Shown here piece after piece: positions 23,386 to 25,906 of a DNA stretch of 25,906 nt. A program made the translations under genes and the position numbers. Source of the stretch: a virus (lineage: Duplodnaviria; Heunggongvirae; Uroviricota; Caudoviricetes); IMG/VR virus record IMGVR_UViG_2740892258_000020. One strand, 5' to 3'. Position 1 is the stretch's first letter; every line of letters begins with the position of its first letter. The notes beneath the pieces are model-generated. The model worked only from the letters and a program-made list of their open reading frames with translations, searched no databases and was not told the DNA's origin.

Positions 23386-24857
23386 GCAAAAGGATCATAG
23401 TCTGTGATGGCTTTGCCTTGCTGGTTCTGCTGCCCGGGAATTCGCAGACGCTTCGACACAGGGAACGCAAACGTCAGCAGTAGCGCATCGCCTTTACCAG
23501 GAGAACGCCCAAGTCGCTCTTTGATATCTTCCTTCGGTTCGATAACGATTTTACCGTCCACGCGAACTTTGTACTCTGCCGTCGACAGGTCGTCCGCTGT
23601 TTCCTGGTCATCCAGCATGCCGCCGAGCCTCAGCCATGTCTTGCATGAGTTGAACATCTCCCCACGCTTGTTGAGCATCTGCGGGTCAGTAGACGCGCCA
23701 CCGAACGGAACAAGTTGCCATGTACGACCCCAGCCGTCACCGATTGACTTCAAACCGGTTCCGTAACCGAAGTCGATGAACACCGCGTCAGCCTGATACT
23801 GGTCTTCAAAGTCAGCGATACGCTTCGCCATAATCAGATCGTCGGTAGTCTTGTTGCCAGTCCACAGCACCTTACTGTGTAGCCCCTGCCGCAGGTATAT
23901 CACCGCGTCATCAACGCCTGAATATGCCGGGTCAACACCGATTATCACCGGAGCATGTGCCACCTGCGCAGCGGTTACCACCCGTTTCATTGCCTCGTCA
24001 GTAAGACCGGTAGGGATAAACTGCAATTCAGATGCATCAGGGAATATGCCACGCACACGGATTTTAACGAAGTCGCTATCTTCCCCATAGTCATCAACCC
24101 ATTTCTGCAACTGCTGTTTGTTGGTGCCTTCCACCGTCCTGCTGTCAATCTGCGCAGTTTTCCAGCGGTGTTTGTATTTGCGGAAACATTCACGGAAACG
24201 CCCGGTGTTACGTGTAGGGTTTCCGAAAGCCACCCAGATAATCTCAGTGTCTTCGTCCGTTAGCGCACCCTCGGCAACTTCCCACACCAGATCCGCAATG
24301 TTCGACGCTTCATCAAATACCACGATGATGCGTTTACGCTCGTTGTGTAGTCCGGCGAATGCCTCAGTGTTGTGCTCAGACCAGGGGATTGCGTCAGCTC
24401 GCCACCGCTTGTCGTGCCCAGGGTCATTGCTGTACATCGCGGTAGCGGTACAGGTAAACCAGTCTTTCGTGATAGCAAGGTTTGACCACTTGATAATTTC
24501 CGGCCAGGTCTTCGTTCGTAGCTGGTTGTCGGTGTTGGCGGTCACCACGACCTTACAATCCTCGCAAGTGGACATGCCCCAGTTGATCAGCATTGAGATG
24601 AATGCGGATTTACCAATACCGTGACCAGAAGCACGTGCCAGCATAAGCGGCTGATATCGCGTCTCTGGATTCTGCAGGTGATCACGTATCTCTCGGAACG
24701 CATCGGCCTGCCACTGACGTGGACCGGTGGCATGTGCCAGTTCAGTACCCTCTTCCCCCCACGGGAACGCATAGAGGGCATAGCCAAGCGGATCGTGAGT
24801 GAACCCTGCAATATCCTCGATTAACTGCTCTTCAGGAGATAACGCTGTATCTGTCAC
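23382..24857 (-). CDS. terminase large subunit (491 aa)
   Basis: Walker A-like ARASGHGIGKS, Walker B-like IIVVFDEAS, and a C-terminal nuclease-like region (VIIGVDPAYSG...VFIDFGYG); 4-nt overlap with the small-subunit gene. Confidence 0.9.
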   Translation of the reverse strand: MTDTALSPEEQLIEDIAGFTHDPLGYALYAFPWGEEGTELAHATGPRQWQADAFREIRDHLQNPETRYQPLMLARASGHGIGKSAFISMLINWGMSTCEDCKVVVTANTDNQLRTKTWPEIIKWSNLAITKDWFTCTATAMYSNDPGHDKRWRADAIPWSEHNTEAFAGLHNERKRIIVVFDEASNIADLVWEVAEGALTDEDTEIIWVAFGNPTRNTGRFRECFRKYKHRWKTAQIDSRTVEGTNKQQLQKWVDDYGEDSDFVKIRVRGIFPDASELQFIPTGLTDEAMKRVVTAAQVAHAPVIIGVDPAYSGVDDAVIYLRQGLHSKVLWTGNKTTDDLIMAKRIADFEDQYQADAVFIDFGYGTGLKSIGDGWGRTWQLVPFGGASTDPQMLNKRGEMFNSCKTWLRLGGMLDDQETADDLSTAEYKVRVDGKIVIEPKEDIKERLGRSPGKGDALLLTFAFPVSKRLRIPGQQNQQGKAITDYDPFA

Positions 24858-25450
24858 TGATTGCCATCCTGGCGTTCTTTCAGTCTCTTCCTGGCTGCCG
24901 CTATGCGATCAGCAATTGTCACATTCACATTAACATCCAGGCGTTCTTTGAATGCGTTGACGTCGACGTGCTTACCAATCAGTTCGAGGTTCTTCACCTT
25001 GTCAGGCCATTTAATTTTTTTGAGGATTGTCTCTATCGAATCCTCGTTCATGTTCATGATGGTCGATGACAGATCAAAGCCACTAAGCGTAGTGCGCCAG
25101 ATTTTCGGCCACTCGCGGATTGGCTTAAGGCTCCCATCGTCGTTGAGGATGTCGATCACGTCCATCTGGTCGATCTCCACCAGGCGCATGAGAACGTAAT
25201 CAGCACTGACGCGCATTCGTTTGTTGCGCTCTTCCATCAGCTCGGCAATCCGTTTTTGAATGCGTTCATCGCGCATCATGAGACTGGCTTTAACTGCCGC
25301 TGTATTTGGGGAGAATCCTGCGTTAATCGCTGCCTGAGTCTGGTTTTCAGGCGTTTTGATGTATGACTGGCAATAAGCCTCCTGCATTGCTGTTAGTGGC
25401 TTAAATTGCGTTGATTTGCGTTTATAGGCTTTAGGTTCAGCAGGCATCAT
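24854..25450 (-). CDS. terminase small subunit (198 aa from ATG at 25450; ORF extends in frame to 25546)
   Basis: Immediately upstream of and overlapping the large terminase; region TAMQEAYCQSYIKTPENQTQAAINAGFSPNTAAVKASLMM matches the small-terminase pattern (conserved AA..AG.S..A..A motif). The upstream in-frame extension is low-complexity and contains palindromic repeats, so the shorter start is preferred. Confidence 0.75.
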   Translation of the reverse strand: MMPAEPKAYKRKSTQFKPLTAMQEAYCQSYIKTPENQTQAAINAGFSPNTAAVKASLMMRDERIQKRIAELMEERNKRMRVSADYVLMRLVEIDQMDVIDILNDDGSLKPIREWPKIWRTTLSGFDLSSTIMNMNEDSIETILKKIKWPDKVKNLELIGKHVDVNAFKERLDVNVNVTIADRIAAARKRLKERQDGNQ

Positions 25451-25466
25451 AACCACCGTGGTAATA

Positions 25467-25483
25467 GTTACCGTTGTGGTAAT
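25467..25483. promoter_or_regulatory. operator palindrome site 5 (GTTACC-GTTGT-GGTAAT) within a tandem array of GGTAAT/TTACC half-sites upstream of the small-terminase gene
   Basis: GTGGTAATAGTTACCGTTGTGGTAATAGTACC (25458..25489) contains TTACC-N5-GGTAA flanked by further GGTAAT and TACC half-sites. Confidence 0.45.
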
Positions 25484-25567
25484 AGTACCATGCAAAATAA
25501 AGCCGCCATAGTTGGCGGCAGTATTCAAAACCATCAAATTCATCATGCATAACCCACTCGTGACATG

Positions 25568-25906
25568 TCACAATATTAATTTCGTTTCATGCCAGCCTTT
25601 GGTCACCCAGCATTGCGAGTCACCATTACACGGGCATGAATTCACAGGAACTCTCTCGCCGCACTTACCGCAACGTTTTCTGCTGATCGATTTTATACGC
25701 CCGTGCACGCGAGCATCATCCTGGCGGATAAGTAACGCAATATACTCACCAAATTCGTAAGGCGCACGCCCGGGGCGACGCGTGGCACAGTTACGCTCCA
25801 GCATTTCAATTTCCTGAGCATCAAGCACAATCTCCAGTTTACGCACACCAGATGCAGCTTGTCTGGCTCTCTGAGCGGCTTTGCGCTCTGCTGCTGATTT
25901 AGCCAT
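25568..25906 (-). CDS. Cys-rich small protein (112 aa), possible zinc-binding protein; ATG is the last three bases of the window
   Basis: Basic, helical N-terminal half and C-terminal cluster CGKCGERVPVNSCPCNGDSQC (CxxC-x8-CxC). Upstream region is outside the window. Confidence 0.55.
   Translation of the reverse strand: MAKSAAERKAAQRARQAASGVRKLEIVLDAQEIEMLERNCATRRPGRAPYEFGEYIALLIRQDDARVHGRIKSISRKRCGKCGERVPVNSCPCNGDSQCWVTKGWHETKLIL

Noticed and set aside
6884-24824. Numerous 60-250 aa ORFs lying inside or antisense to the large virion and terminase genes (for example 7058..7342, 8347..8598, 9909..10283, 15374..15763, 16064..16753, 19307..19888, 20439..21176, 24118..24624).
   Set aside because: They are nested within much longer ORFs that have coherent operon structure and recognisable products; their translations are low-complexity or Arg/Ser/Cys-rich, typical of shadow frames, and none has a convincing RBS.
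25451-25546. In-frame N-terminal extension of the small-terminase ORF.
   Set aside because: It encodes a Thr/Val low-complexity peptide generated by tandem palindromic DNA repeats; the ATG at 25450 gives a product of typical small-terminase length. Kept as an alternative start, not as a separate feature.
1-25906. CRISPR arrays, integrase or attachment sites, and T7-type phage RNA polymerase promoters.
   Set aside because: No regularly spaced direct repeats with unique spacers were seen, no integrase-like ORF or tRNA-end duplication lies in the window (the tRNA is internal to the late region and intact), and no 23-bp T7-class promoter consensus recurs. The window therefore does not contain the integration or immunity-repressor module.

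Overview
The window is a large piece of a defective, mosaic podovirus-type prophage from an enterobacterial genome, read mostly on the minus strand. From high to low coordinates it carries: a Cys-rich small gene, terminase small and large subunits, a plus-strand insert (structured leader, phage tRNA-Arg(UCU), a 140-aa moron), a portal with a T7 gp8-like C-terminus, scaffold, capsid, three small virion genes, and a T7-like run of tail tubular A/B and four internal virion (ejection) proteins. Between the last ejection gene and the tailspike lies a ~4.4 kb AT-rich cargo island (2409..6857). The tailspike is truncated at ~1567, where the sequence switches to a GC-richer flank holding an IS1 internal fragment and two unrelated genes. 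The most interesting content is in the cargo island and its regulation: a translationally coupled pair whose downstream member looks like a YafO-family toxin with an unrecognised partner; a Bro-N antirepressor whose C-terminal domain also occurs as a standalone 85-aa gene behind a near-consensus LexA box; and a palindrome ATTACC-N5-GGTAA found five times, always in promoter regions. Product calls rest on motifs I recognise and on gene order and size; no database search was possible, so all homology statements need confirmation.
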